NCBI GenBank assembly: GCA_977862235.1
Contig: OZ374560.1
Location: 2,790,001 to 2,854,000 of the forward strand
Reading direction: 5' to 3'
DNA length: 64,000 nt
Source of the DNA: Dudresnaya verticillata
Lineage: Eukaryota
Part shown: piece after piece, positions 22,432 to 35,282 of the stretch
Layout of the letters: each line of letters starts with the position of its first letter
Position numbering within the stretch: position 1 is the stretch's first letter
Program-made: the position numbers and the translations under genes
Notes under the pieces: generated by a model
Databases searched by the model: none
What the model was told of the DNA's origin: nothing
What the model saw: the letters and a program-made list of their open reading frames with translations, nothing else

Positions 22432-25400
22432 TTCTGCTCCCTCAACGCTACCACCCCCGCGCACCCACAATCCCTCACTACATGCAGTGCACCCATGTCA
22501 CGTCACAGCCTACTCCAACACCCGTCCAAATGTGACCCACATCCCCACCGCGCCAAAGCCTACCACTACCGCAAACAGATTTCAATACCATAAGTTCCTC
22601 AAACTGCATCATGAGCAAATTATAGCGCAGCAAGTTCGCAGGCAGCTACAAACCTCAGTTTGAATCATCTCGTAAAGCTTATTCTCAAACTTGCGGGATT
22701 GCCACTGATGGGGTTCTGCATCCGAGCACAACTGAGCGCACAATTGAGCAAGCCAACGATATCGAAGTGCAAACGGAATGGATCCCATATCAGAACTGCA
22801 TCGTAGTGCGATATCGGACTTCCGCTTGCTCCGCTGTGCAACAAAGCAAACGTCACCAGCAACCTGCCCACCGACGCCTGCGTTTTCTGCGTCTCGCAGC
22901 AACATCGGCAAGTTGAGGAACAGTACAACCGGTGGTACGAAATCTCATCACTCATTTTGCGTCGGGAAGGACGGACCCACCGAGCCCAAGAATACACACG
23001 GTGCTACTGCCGGCTTCGCTGCCAATATGTCCGGACTTTGTCCTGTTCCAGCAATCCCTTTTCCGCAAATCCGCACGCCTCCCCAGTCGTAAGACTCGGT
23101 TACCCCGGTCTCCAGCTTCATCTACAGCCCTGTGCCGCAGCTGCCGGCAGTGTCGACTAGCGCCTGCGTCTTCGCTCGCTCGATCGTGATGGTCCACAAA
23201 TCGACAAGCGACGCTTCCGTATATAGCCTATCAGGCTGTGAACGATACACAGGCGGAGCAGTTAGTGAGATTGGTTGATGCCCCGCCGCTTAGCCATTAG
23301 TAGAACAAACGGTCAGGGCGAGAGAAGCGGCACCGTCGGTAGCGACGGTGAGGTAGCACCGCTCCGCAGATGTAGGTGTTGTCAGTAGCCAGTACCCGCA
23401 GGTGGTATCGCTTTCGAGCACCCGCGGCCTTAAGAGTTCGGTAGAGGAGGGTCATAACATGTCTGCAAAATGTGGCAAACTCCGGTTCTTGAGCTGTCGG
23501 ACCCTGGTAACGCGGTTGAAGGATTTTTGCTCGGGCTCGATAGTGGCAAGGTCGCTTTCCTCTCCCCTCTGGGAGCTTACCGTCTGGTCGGGTCGCGCTG
23601 CCTTTACTACAGACAGTCAGTACAATACAGTACTTTGATAATCGGTTAGCGGATGCGTAGCCTACTGTATGCACCAGACTGTACGCATATGCGCATGGTC
23701 ACTCCGCATACGGCAGACAACAGTCCGACTAGCACGAAACGGTACTGCATCCGGAAGCACAGTCAGGTCTATCGATGGTGTAATGGCGGCGGATGCGGCA
23801 AAGGTAAGGCGGCGGATGCAGGTGAAGGTAATGGTGTCGGATACCGTTCTCCATTCCTCCACCAAACAGCACGCCAAACGTCGCTCGCTCTAGCCGTCCA
23901 AAACTATCATCGCGGCAGGGTTCTACAAAAACCTCTCAGCATTCTTTCTACCGCAGCATTCTTACGTAGTTTTCACCCATACAGCGATGAGCCGTAACAA
24001 AGTGTACATGTCTTCGCGGACCGTTAGCTCCACCTGCGTTCGCCATTTCTCGCCATACTGGCTTCCCGAAGAACAAAACTGAATTTTCCCAGAACTAAGC
24101 AGTTCCATAGACCAGGAGCTGGATGTGTAAGCCGAGTAAGTAATGTCGTGAAGTATTTTAGTCATTTCGGATGCTGCCAACTGGTAACGCGACTCACCGA
24201 CTTTCCACCCAACTCGTATGTACTCAACTCGTTTGCAGTCAACTCGTTTGAAACGAAATGAGAGCCTTTCCTCATGCAATAATTTTTGAAGACTATCCAC
24301 AACCTCCATACCAAACCCGACAAATGGAGGAAAACTGTTGCAAAATCCGGTAGCGGACCAAAATCGTATTAGCACAACCACGTCGTACCACCCAAGGCTT
24401 CACTCCTCTCTCTCATTCGACGTTCAAACATTCCCACCCATCCACAAACCAAACGAGGCCAAAAATAACCTTTTTGTTTGGCCTCTCTAGAGAGGTTCTG
24501 TTGCTTTAATGCCAGCTTTGCTAAGGTCGGCAACGCGGAAACAATAATAGGGCTTATGGGGTAGCAGTCACAGGATATAATTGCGAATGTAAGGGTTTCT
24601 ATCCGTTTTAGGAGCATTAAAATTGCAAGTTATTGCTCGCACAAATGCAATATGATTCGAAGAAAGCGTTCTATCTCAAGTCGATAGGAGAACGATAGGA
24701 GAACGTACTCCAAGAGTGCTACAGTAGATCACATACGAAGGGAGTCGTTATAGGTCCGTACAGTGGGAAGAGGCCGCGTTCATCCTTCAGTCTCTGAGGG
24801 CAGCACGAGGTCAAGGCAGCGTGTACAAATGCGTACGTGGATATCTTATGTCAGTACAGGACGTTGCCTGTGGGTTCTTGGGCGTCGAAGAGACCTTAAT
24901 GGAGATCATAGGTTTCATTTCCAACCTATCCCAAAACGCATAGATTCTACTAAATGCAATTCTCTACTCCACAAAGCCATCGCTCTGGACGACGAATGAC
25001 TACTAAAGATAATCAGGAATATGTTGCATCAATGCTCTCCCCTTCGGCAATATATACAGTATTGCAACATAACAGCCATCACGTCCCAATAACATCTGCA
25101 ACATATGCGTACGTCGTGCAATAAGTTTGTGCAATGCCGTTGATGTTGTTTTACGCGCCTACAGAACGATATATATGATCTCGCTCGCGCACAAAGCCGC
25201 ACATATGCGTATCGTATACTGCATTTAACACTAGGGCTTCCAACACTTCTACTCGACCCAATAGGTACAGTATTGCAATATGCAATGTCACTGCAACAAC
25301 AATTGCAATTGCAACTAGTTTCCCGACAGCCCTGGCACTAACGGCAATGCGGTTCACTCCTTCCCGTGCACTCTAAACTTTGTTGAGTAAACTTTATCAT

Positions 25401-26619
25401 CACTCCTTCCCATCGCCCAGCGAATGCATCGCATACCATTTCCACGTCTTCTGCTTGCCATACACGAACCCCGCCGCGTACGGCGCACTCATTCTGATTA
25501 CGTTGCGCAAGGAAAGCAGTACTGCTGCATCGTCCGAATCACGCTTATCCCCTTCCTACCATTTCAAGAGTACTGCAGCACCTGTGCTCGGAGCGTCACA
25601 GCATAGACAGCCTCTGGACTAACAAGCGTTAGCGTCCCTCTTGAGCTTCTGCATAGAAACGTTCTCTCTCTATGTGATCTGTACAGTCCCTGGACAAGCG
25701 TCTCTACGTCCGCATTATCCCGCCGGGGCATTGCATTGTACTTTTTCTACAGTACTCTGCAACCACCCGCGCAAAGCTATCCGAGTACGCCTACACGAGC
25801 GCGCTGGTCTCCCTCCTACGCCACCTGACTCGCGAGTCGGGCACCCCCTGCCCCGGTTCACATTTATCCCCAAGGATCACAATCACAATCCGCAATAAGA
25901 CAGGCATCCTTTTAATCGCAAGATTTAGAGTAAGTCCCTTAAGGGGACTTAATACGCACTGTTGTTGCTAACGCGGCGGTCAACAAGCTTGCGCCTGTTA
26001 ACAGAAACCGCGACGCACTGAAATACTAAAGAGGTAAGGCGAGTGAGGGAGACCTTCTCGCTAGATGGGGCCGTTCCGTCCTCTGAAGCACCCGCATTGC
26101 TCCGAGGCCAAACTCCGCCTCATCGAGTACTCCATCACACTCGTTCTGCCACTTCTTCACCGTTCGCCTCCTGTCGCAGACTTGAAACCAAGGAAATCAC
26201 GAAAACAATAGATCCGCCATCCATGCCGTTTCAGCAGATGCCCTAATGTACGTATACACCGCTTGTTGTACCACAGGCTCTTTACGAGTCTATAGCAACC
26301 ATAACTGCATTGCTGTATGGTAGACGTTTCTACCGCTTTGCTCAGGAACGGTGACCCACGCACTTTCAGCAAGACCGTGAGAGGCCGCCGATAGATGTAT
26401 ACCTCCAACTTTTTCTTCGGATAGCCCCGTCGCCTACGATCTCAACCCCGTCGCCTACGATCTCAAGCGTTCAACAAACAGTCTTGTGTTCTGTAGATTG
26501 GAAAACGACAGCTCCTGTTTCCTTCCTCTCCCAGCACCCCTTCTTCACCTCTTTACACGACCTCTAGAAAAGTCCAATTGTAGGGCTTCTTTCGAAGCTC
26601 CAGAATGAAAAGCGTCTGT

Positions 26620-27410
26620 TTGCACTAGTATTCGAAGACCCCAGCGGGGATGTGATACCGGACGAGATGGTCTTGTACATGCGGGCGGTGTTCGGGATTA
26701 TGGATGCGTGCAGATGGAATGACGGGAAGCTGCTGGTGCACATCCACAAGAAGTGCGAGTCGCAGACCAAAAACACGCTAGAGTGTTTGGCAGCAGGGTG
26801 CGACGGGATGTGGAACTGCCTGTGCGTGGAGGGTGCGGCGATGGGGCACGCGTGCTCGACGATGGTGTTGATGAACTTTGTATGGCTGGGGAATTAGAAG
26901 GTGCTGTCCAAATACCGGTGCCAGGAGTTTCGGAAGACGGCGATCGAGGTTACGCGTCCGACGACACTGAAGGACCCGCACCCCAAGCAGTACGTGTACG
27001 GAGAGCGGGTGTTGTAACTTTTGTTTGACTCGGAAGGAATGGGGGGGGGGTGGGGGGGGGGGGGGGGGGGGGGGGGGATGGTTCAACATGGCAGAGCTTT
27101 TCGGGGAGCGCGAGACGAACCGGATGACGACGCTGGCGTCGCCGAACACGGTCGTGAACAGGCCCAAGTACTTGTTTGATGACGACGTGCAGTTTACAGA
27201 GGCAATGGTGCATACGGTGCTTTCGCAGATGCTAGTAGACCTGAATGTGGGACGGAAGAGTGCCAGAGCGCGATGGGACTGGCGGTGTTGTTCGACCGGT
27301 GCTGGGGGCAGATGACGGGGAAGATGAGCAAGGCGATTGCTCGCGTGCAGGTGCACGATGCTCACCACCAGAGGGTGATTGCGGACGTCCGCAAGGCGTG
27401 GGACTTTTGG
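26620..27410 (+). pseudogene. Decayed fragment of an uncharacterised protein with HMGL-like/DRE-TIM HxH motif
   Basis: VFEDPSGD...KLLVHIHKK...LECLAAGCDGMWNCLCVEGAAMGHACST...PHPKQYVYGER, with stops and a G-run at 27040-27077. The fold call rests on recalled motif similarity only. Confidence 0.5.
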
Positions 27411-27773
27411 GTCGCCAAAGACGCTCCGCGTGTACACCGCGCGCAGCTGCGCTGTACGAACGAGCCGTTGCAGAGTTTGCGGATGTGAAGGCAATGGTCA
27501 ATTTGGGCAATCTCGTCGCAAACGGCGACGGCGTCGCCAAAGACGCTCCGCGCGCCGCTGCGCTGTACGAATGCGCCATCGCGGAGGGCGAAGATGTCGG
27601 CGCAATGTACGATTTGGGCGAATTGCTGCTGAGCGGCGAAATCGATGTTCCGCGAGACGTTCCGCGCGGCGTCCGACTGCTCCAACGCGCCTGCGACAGC
27701 GGTCTCGAGAGCGCCCCAATTCATATGGTTCGGTTGGGCCAAGCGCTTTTGTCCAATCATATCGGAGACGCGC
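27411..27773 (+). pseudogene. Inverted internal Sel1-repeat fragment of the ROCO-TIR family
   Basis: VAKDAPR...AAALYERAVAEFADVKAMVNLGNLVANGDGVAKDAPRAAALYECAIAEGE...LLSNHIGDA on the plus strand. Confidence 0.9.
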
Positions 27774-28321
27774 ACCGTCTCCGAGGAGAATGCCCAAATT
27801 GACCATTGCCTTTCACATCCGCAAACTCTGCAGCGGCTCGTTCGTACAGCGCAGCGGCGCGCGGGACGTCTTTGGCGACGCCGTCACCGTTTCTGAGGAG
27901 AAAGCCCAAATTAATCATTGCGTCCACATTTGCAATCTCTGCAACGGCTCGTTCGTACAGCGCTGCCGCGCGCTTTGTGTCTTTGACAAAATGGCGCCAT
28001 CCGTCAGAGAGACGCAGTCCGAGATTGTACAGCGACACCCCGCGCGGAGCTCGCGCGTTGGTGCGCTCGACCAGCTCCACGGCTCGGCGCTCGTCCTTGG
28101 GCACTCCAGCGGCTCCTTCCTTTAAGAACAGTGCAAAGCCGCGCCGCGCTTGGTCATGTGCGCCATCATCAATCGCTTGCTCGAGCAAGGCGACGGCTTG
28201 CAAAGGTAGAACAGGCCCTCCATCTGAAGCGTCCCAGTACGCAAAGGCAAGTGCAACCATGTTGTGGACGTCGGCATTGTCGTCGATAGCTTGGCGAAGG
28301 GTACGGCGGTGTGGCATCCAT
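27774..28321 (-). pseudogene. 5' part of Sel1-ROCO-TIR copy D (Sel1 repeats only)
   Basis: Family ATG at 28321, then a 5-nt deletion; LRQAIDDNADVHNMVALAFAYW...AMINLGFLLRNGDGVAKD; 1-nt insertion near 27812; ends at an inversion junction. Confidence 0.9.
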
Positions 28322-29191
28322 GTCGGCAGGAGCGGGTGGTCAAGCGGGTGGAGACGGTTGGAGATGGGATGGTTGGGGTGTGTGTCGGTGGAGCGAGTGC
28401 TCCAACCGCACGGCTATTTATGCAGCGATGAAAGTTGCCAGTGGGCCCGCCGCAACGCCTCTTGCAGCGGGTTGCAGAATGTGCGGCTGTATGCCGGCGG
28501 TACTGTTTTGCGCGGGTGTTGTGAAAGTCGGCAGGCGAGTTGCCAGGTCAGAAGAGGCGCGCGGTGGTGCACGTGAATTTGGCGCTTGCGCAGATTGGCG
28601 CCCTGCGAGATCTTTCAGCAACGCACAAACGTCACCATCGCTGCAGCCCTTACGACAGAGTCGCGAGCCATCCTTGATCGCATCACGAGCTTCCTGTGGA
28701 AAAAGACGTGCTCCCCGCGAACCAACTCTGGCCGTGTCAAGCCATGCTTTCCTGCCGCCACCCTGCACGCCAGTGTGGTCTCCATTCTCGTCGAGCACGC
28801 ACAGCTGCGGCGCCATACACGTAATGGAACTTGCTTGATGCTCCTCTATTGTAGTCGTTAAGGTGGTCGTACGGGGGTGACGAGGGTACCGTTCGGAGCG
28901 CTGACACCCTGGCCTAGTGGCCTGTACTGTACCGCGGCTACGGAAGTCATCCAACGGGCGGCGCATTGCCGGTTGTTGGCGGAGGCGTTTGTTGCGTGCC
29001 GCGCGACGTGCGATTTCCATCTCTTTTTTTGGCACAACGCAGCCGCGGCTGCATATCGCGGATGTTGCAAAAGTCGGCAGGCGCGTTGCGTCGTTGCATC
29101 AGAGCACAGCGCGGTGCACCTGTATTTGGCGTTTGCAGTATCATCTAAAGCGAGTGCACCTCGCACGACAATGACGACAAACACGGCTCTC

Positions 29192-29708
29192 CGACCAGCG
29201 GGCGCCTTATCGGGCGAGGAGTGGCAGGCTGAGTTGAATAGAGAATATTGTGTTGCTGGCTGTGGGGTTTTTCTGTCCGACTTGATTGCTAGGGTCGGCT
29301 CGTTTACTCTAGCCTGTGGTACTTATAGCGACTTTGATCTGCGTAAACCTGCCTAAAAGTGCAGACGTATCCAAACTAGCCCACTATCAGCAGGGGCTCT
29401 AATAAGCACATTGCAACAAAATACGGGTTCTCTATAACAATTACATCAAGATACAATGAATACACAGTAGTGTGCATATGCGCAGAGAAATGTGCACAGA
29501 TGGAGTAGTAAAACCATACAGAAGATGTAAGTGGAGCCAGGTACTGTAGAAACCGATTGTAAAGTATGAATAGCCTTCTAACAGCCACAGGATTGTGCAG
29601 TATAGCAAGAGCATCCTTCAAGGATAGGAGGACCTCGTCGTGAGAAGAGTACAGTATACGCACCATAAGGTAATACAGCGGGAGATTATTCCTATTCCCG
29701 CTGTCAAT
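29192..29708. mobile_element. 517-bp insertion flanked by GCTCTC direct repeats
   Basis: Absent from the homologous upstream regions of copies A (about 16110) and B (about 53645). GCTCTC at 29186-29191 and 29709-29714. Confidence 0.6.
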
Positions 29709-32700
29709 GCTCTCGACACGACTCTCATCTCGATGGAGAGAGCAATCGGCGATGCGTTGCCGCCGCCGCCCGACCACGCAATGCGCGCGAGGTGTTGTTT
29801 CTTTATTGGTGTGATCGCATACTAAGCAAACGTTAGAAATCGCGAAGCACAACAGCATCTCACAGATAGTGTGGCTTCGAAGTCCTAAGATTCCAAACAG
29901 ATGTTCGCGGTTCTGGTTTACATGGCGACAAGCACAATATAAAGCATCGCGCTTCCGCAGTGCTTCCTTCAGGATACGCTTCCGTTAAAACGCGTTTGAG
30001 CACGAGGTCTCCCCTTGAGGAAACCACGCGGCTCCAACTAACTGCGGTCCATCCCGCTTATCAAGCAGCTCAGCCACCAATCCACGCTATTGCCTGCATT
30101 TGGACAAAGTCGCGGATTGGCTCACTGCGAGATCTTTTGACCACACCCAAACGTCGTCATCGTACAGCTGCAGTCTCGCGCTCCGCCGCTGAACTCAGTC
30201 GCGCAATCCCATCCATCATCCACCGCCAGCATTTTGAGCCCACCAAACCACCTCCCTCGTTCCAGCGCAGTTGCACTTCTCTCCTCTACACATATGGAAT
30301 GATAAAATCTTAGTCATAGAAATAGTACCGTACCGGTTGAACGTTCATGAATGATAGAGGTAATCAAGCAAGCATCCCTTTAATCGCAAGATTCAGAGTA
30401 AGTCCCTTAAGGGGACTTAATACGCACTGTTGCTAACGCGGCGGTCTACAAGCTTGTGCCTGTTAGCAGAAACCGCGACACACTGTAATATAAAGAGGCA
30501 AGGCGGGTAAGAAGGGAGACCTTCTCGCTAGGCGGGGACGTGTCTCTTTTCTCAGCGAGGAAATTCGCAACGCGTTGCGCACCGCGATCATGGCCGATGG
30601 AGCCATAGATGTCCATAACCAACGGATGTAGTTCGAAGTGGTTGTTTTCGCGAGGCGACGATAGTGGCGCGCTTTTTCCTTTTTACAAGATTGAATCGCA
30701 AGATGGGCTCGAGAAGAGGAAGAGTGGGGAGTTACGACTGAGACCTCAAACGCTTGAGCAGTTGGTGCGAAGCCAATCAATGAGCGCTTCAACTGAACTG
30801 AAACAACTGAACTGAAACGCGAAACGCTCGTTGATTACCCGTATCGTTTTATTCGCCTGCAGTATACTGCTGGACATGTTAATCGTCGCCGTACGTATTC
30901 CAAACCAATAGCCTACCTCTACGGAGCGAAGGCTAGGGGTTACTCGGTTGTAATCATCTCTATGATAAAGTGACTTCCCCCTGGTTGACGGTACCAGCGC
31001 CCAGTACCAAACGGGGACCCCGCACGGCACGGCGGGGTGGAGACGCCAAACCAGCAAAATCCCTCCTCCTGCACAATACACCAGCCACATTCTCAGCATT
31101 CTCCTAAGCCGCTTCTGTTCCCTCAACGCTACCACCCCCGCGCACCCACAATCTCACCCTCGACGCAGTGCACCCATTTCACGTCACTGCCTACTCCAAT
31201 ACCCGTCCAAACGCGACTCACATCCGCAACGCCAATGAACATACAGCCAAAGCTACCACCGTGACCGCAAACCGATTTCAATACCATATATCCCTCAAAC
31301 TGTATCATGAGCAAATTGTAGCACAGCAAGTTCACAGGCAGCTACAACTGCGACAAGTCACAGAGTAAGTAATCGAACCAGGAACAAACCCATTGTTTAA
31401 GCCTTAATAAAGTCGGGACATCACCAAGCAACGGCTGCCAATACGTCCGAACCTTGTTTTGCGCTAGCAATCCCATTTCCGGAAATCCGCACGTCTCCCC
31501 AGGCGTAAGACTCGGTTGCCCCGGTCTCCAGCTTCATCTACAGCCCTGTGCCGCCGCTGCCGGCAGTGTCGACTAGCGCCCGCATTGTCGCTCGCTCGAT
31601 CGTGATGCTCCACAAATCGACAAGCGACGCTTCCGTATATAGCCTATCAGGCTGTGAACGATACACAGGCAGAGCAGTTAGTGGGATTGGTTGATTCCCC
31701 GCCGCTTGGCCATTAGTAGAACGGTCAGGGCGAGAAAAGCCGCGCCGTCGGTAGCGACAGTGACTTGGTACCGCTCCTGGACGGAGCAGATGTAGGTGCT
31801 GTTGGTAGACGCAGGTGGTATCGCTTTCGAGCACCCGCGGCCTTAAGATCTATCGATGAGGGTCATAGCATGTATGCAAACCCTCTCGGCATTCTTTCTA
31901 CCGCAGCATTCTTACGTCTTTTTCACCCATACACCGATGAGCCGTAACAAAATGTACAAGTCTTCGCGGACCGTTAGCTCCACCTGCGTTCGCTATTTCT
32001 CGCCATACTGGCTTCCCGCCGAACAAAACTGAATTTTCCCAGAACTAAGCAGATCCCAAGACCAGGAGCTAGACGCGTAAGCCAAGTAATGTCGTGCAGT
32101 ATTTTAGTCATTTCGGATGCTGCCAACTGGTGACGCGACTCAACGACTTTCCACTCAACTCATATGTACTCAACTCGTTTGCAGTCAACTCGTTTGAAAC
32201 GAAATGAGAGCCTTTCCTCATGCAATAATTTTTGAAGACTATCCACAAACTCCATACGAAACCCGACAAATGGAGGGAAACTGTTACAAAACCCGGTAGC
32301 GGACCAAAAGCTTTATTTCTGGTCTTTGCTTCCTACATCGCAACTCCCGTCCCCGCATTGACCACCCCCAACCAAAGCTTTTTGGGGTAGGGTTGGAATT
32401 TCATCGAGTGTCAAAGAGGCTTTAGAGGGTTGAAAAGGTATCGTGGGAGATAGTGACCTTGCGGAACGTCCTTTTAGAAGCAAGAAGGAAAATGCCAACT
32501 ATTGCAGAGTTAACAATCAAATGTCAACGATAGTAATTACCTGTCAACGTCCCTCGGAGAGGACACTCTCTACGTTGCTGCAGCGTCAATAGTTATTGAA
32601 TGTATTCCGCAGAGAGATGTCCTCCCATCTCCACCCATGCATTACTGCATCTCATAATCGGGGAGGAGAGGAACAAATAGATACGTCCTTCAATTGTTCT

Positions 32701-33444
32701 GTCTATATAACTATCCGTGGTCTCACGGAAGTCAGAGCAAGTTCTTCCTTCCCACCCGCCCACCCGCAGAATCTTCTTCACTCCACAAGTCCTAGCCTTT
32801 ACTTCCCGACAAGTACAAGTACATGTCTTATTCTGACGCACCTTTTAGTTAAAAATGGCATCGGTTAGTCCCATGAAGCTATCACAATAAAGCTTTCACT
32901 TCTTTTCAGATGCAGAAAAGGTTCCATTCTTTATGGCAAGGAAAATTGCAATGCGCTGCACGCCAAGTTCAAACTCTACTTTGTAAGGAGGGATTTCACC
33001 TTATCATAGAGATCACATCACCCGAGTCACCCTACGGGGTGTCTAAAATTTGGGTTATGACGCAGACGGCGATTACGGCGATTAGTAGATACAGCGGTAT
33101 ACGGTAGGACTCTGTGAGATGGGGAGCTTTACTGAAGGACGACAAAAATACGGGTAGTCAATGAGTGTTCACAGTGTTTCTCAGAAAGCGGGGTGCACCC
33201 TTCCTCTCAGCAAGGAAGTGGACGAAAGTTTGAGCTTCAGTCTCGAAACCAGTACTCATACGACAGTAAATGTCTAGAACCATTGAATGAAGGTCGAAAC
33301 CGTGAAGACCGCTAATCAAAGGAGAGTAGCCTGTTTTCGCACACTCACGTGTCGCGATTGTCTGAGCACTTACTACATACTTTCTGGGCCAGTACCGCTA
33401 GAAGGTAAATGGGGCCCACGACAGAAAAATCGAAACCTTGGGGT

Positions 33445-33792
33445 CGAGCGGAGAAACAGCATTCAACGTCTCCTTTGCTACACCGCACACCGATACTCGG
33501 CATTACCGCGGTTTATGTGCCAACAACAACATTGATCTCCATCCTATGATGGTGGACATCTACGGTGCCGTTGGCCCATGCTCTGATAGTGGTGCCCAGC
33601 GTGTTGCCACTTTCTTGGTCATGAAGACGGGAACATCCCCTACTGCAGAAAAATCCTCCCTGCTTACTCGTCTCATCATTGTCGCTCGCTTTGTTATTTA
33701 TTAACTGCGTGTCAGTGGCTGTTAACTGGCGTAAGCTGGTGGACCATTGCTTAGAGCCCAGTACTTCTAAGTACCTTCTAGGGGGTTCTAGA
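33445..33792 (+). mobile_element. Older 3' stub of the RLE-type retrotransposon
   Basis: AFNVSFATPH...RHYRGLCANNNIDLHPMMVDIYG...GAQRVATF, with a degenerate terminal hairpin near 33768-33792. Confidence 0.65.
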
Positions 33793-34245
33793 TTTCTGAT
33801 GAATACAGTGAAGACTACTAGAATTATCTAATGCAGGAATGAGACAGCTGCCTACAGTAAATACTAAATACTAATCCTTCGTAGCTCTAGTCTTCCAGAA
33901 AGTGCTCTAGTACTTCAACTACCTATAAGAAGGTCCCTGTGCTGTAATTTAGCGTTGGTTACAATCGCTTAAGCTCTTTGGAGGTCCAAACACTGTACAC
34001 GAGGAGGGCGTAGGACTGGTTATTGCCGATAACGGCATGATAGGGAATCAGAGGAGCTGAGGTTCTCACTCTCTTACAAACGAGTGAGAAGGAAATTCTT
34101 TTCAGTGAGGTTGCTGATATCTTACTTTCTGGCGAGGAAGGTGACAAACGTATTTGGATAATGATGGAGCAGACGTTACGCAATGTCGAACAGAAATCCC
34201 ATACGGGGCCTTATTCAGAAGGAGAGGCAAAAATGTGGCTTAGTC

Positions 34246-35282
34246 CTAATTCGCATGCTTCACACCAGCGGCCACAATATACAGAGGGGCCACGGGAATT
34301 TTGCGTCTCAAAGAACGAGAGACCCCTCGCATGGCATCCGTATCACTCAAACTCTCCGGGAAGAGGCCATCCACCTCGAAACGCTTCCGCATTGCCTGTT
34401 CGAGATCATACGCATTCCGTTTTGCAACGTCGAGGCTGTCGTGGATTCTTTGGTCCAGCGCCTTGTTCAGAGTGAAGCCTAGGATACCCACGTAATCGGC
34501 CTCTTGACGCACTTCACCGGCGAGACTGACGTTGATGTCTAGATGCCGCGATCTGGATTTCGTAGAAGCGGCCCTGATTTCGTAGATTGAAAGCGGGGTC
34601 TTGATACTAACCCGATTCTTCTTTTTGTTCATGGATATAGATAGGGCACTAGATTGGGTGTTTTCTTCTACATTCTTACCTCCGATGGAAACTCGCACTA
34701 TCAAAGCACTGTTAGCCCCATGTTTCTCTTCGCCAATGGAGATCTTTACCTGCTGCCCATCGCCGGTCGTGAGACCGAAGAGATCAAAGAATGTGCGGCG
34801 AATCCGAGCACCCCTGTTCGTAGTGTGCATACGAGCGACCATGGTCTCCCCACCTGCCTGTCCAAACAGTGCGTAGGTTTTGCCATGTTCCCCGTGGAAG
34901 TCGAAGTGGGAGCCGTCGAAGCCGGACATGTGTGGGTCACCCCTTCCGGAGGCGGCGCAGACGGCCGGGCCCCCCCCCCCCCGCACTTGTAGCCACAGGC
35001 GTACTTGATCATGCCCGCCACAAAAACTTGATCAACCGAAGTGGAGCCTGTGCATGATTGGACGCAGCCGTGAGAGCAGTTATCCATGAGACATCGCTGT
35101 GCCGCGGTCACGAGATTGCATGCCGTGGTCGCCTCCGGCATTGTATCGAAGAAATCCACCAGGGAGGGGATGTCCTCTACCTGACAAGAGCATGTATTTC
35201 CCACGGTGGGGGCAGGCGCCAACAGGAGAGTTGTGAAGGAAAGTAGGATGAAGGCCCGGAGGATGGAGGAGTTTTTGTTCAT
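34246..35282 (-). CDS. Secreted Cys-rich + VWD/root-cap-like domain protein, frameshifted in a C13 run (34970-34982)
   Basis: Signal peptide MNKNSSILRAFILLSFTTLLLAPAPTVG, Cys-rich domain and Gly linker, then in another frame GDPHMSGFDGSHFDFHGEHGKTYALF. TATAAA on the minus strand at 35369-35374. Confidence 0.75.

Noticed and set aside
26424..26466. Short tandem duplications (also 8821-8905, 10344-10390, 63044-63083)
   Set aside because: Ordinary two-copy slippage or repair duplications with no further structure.
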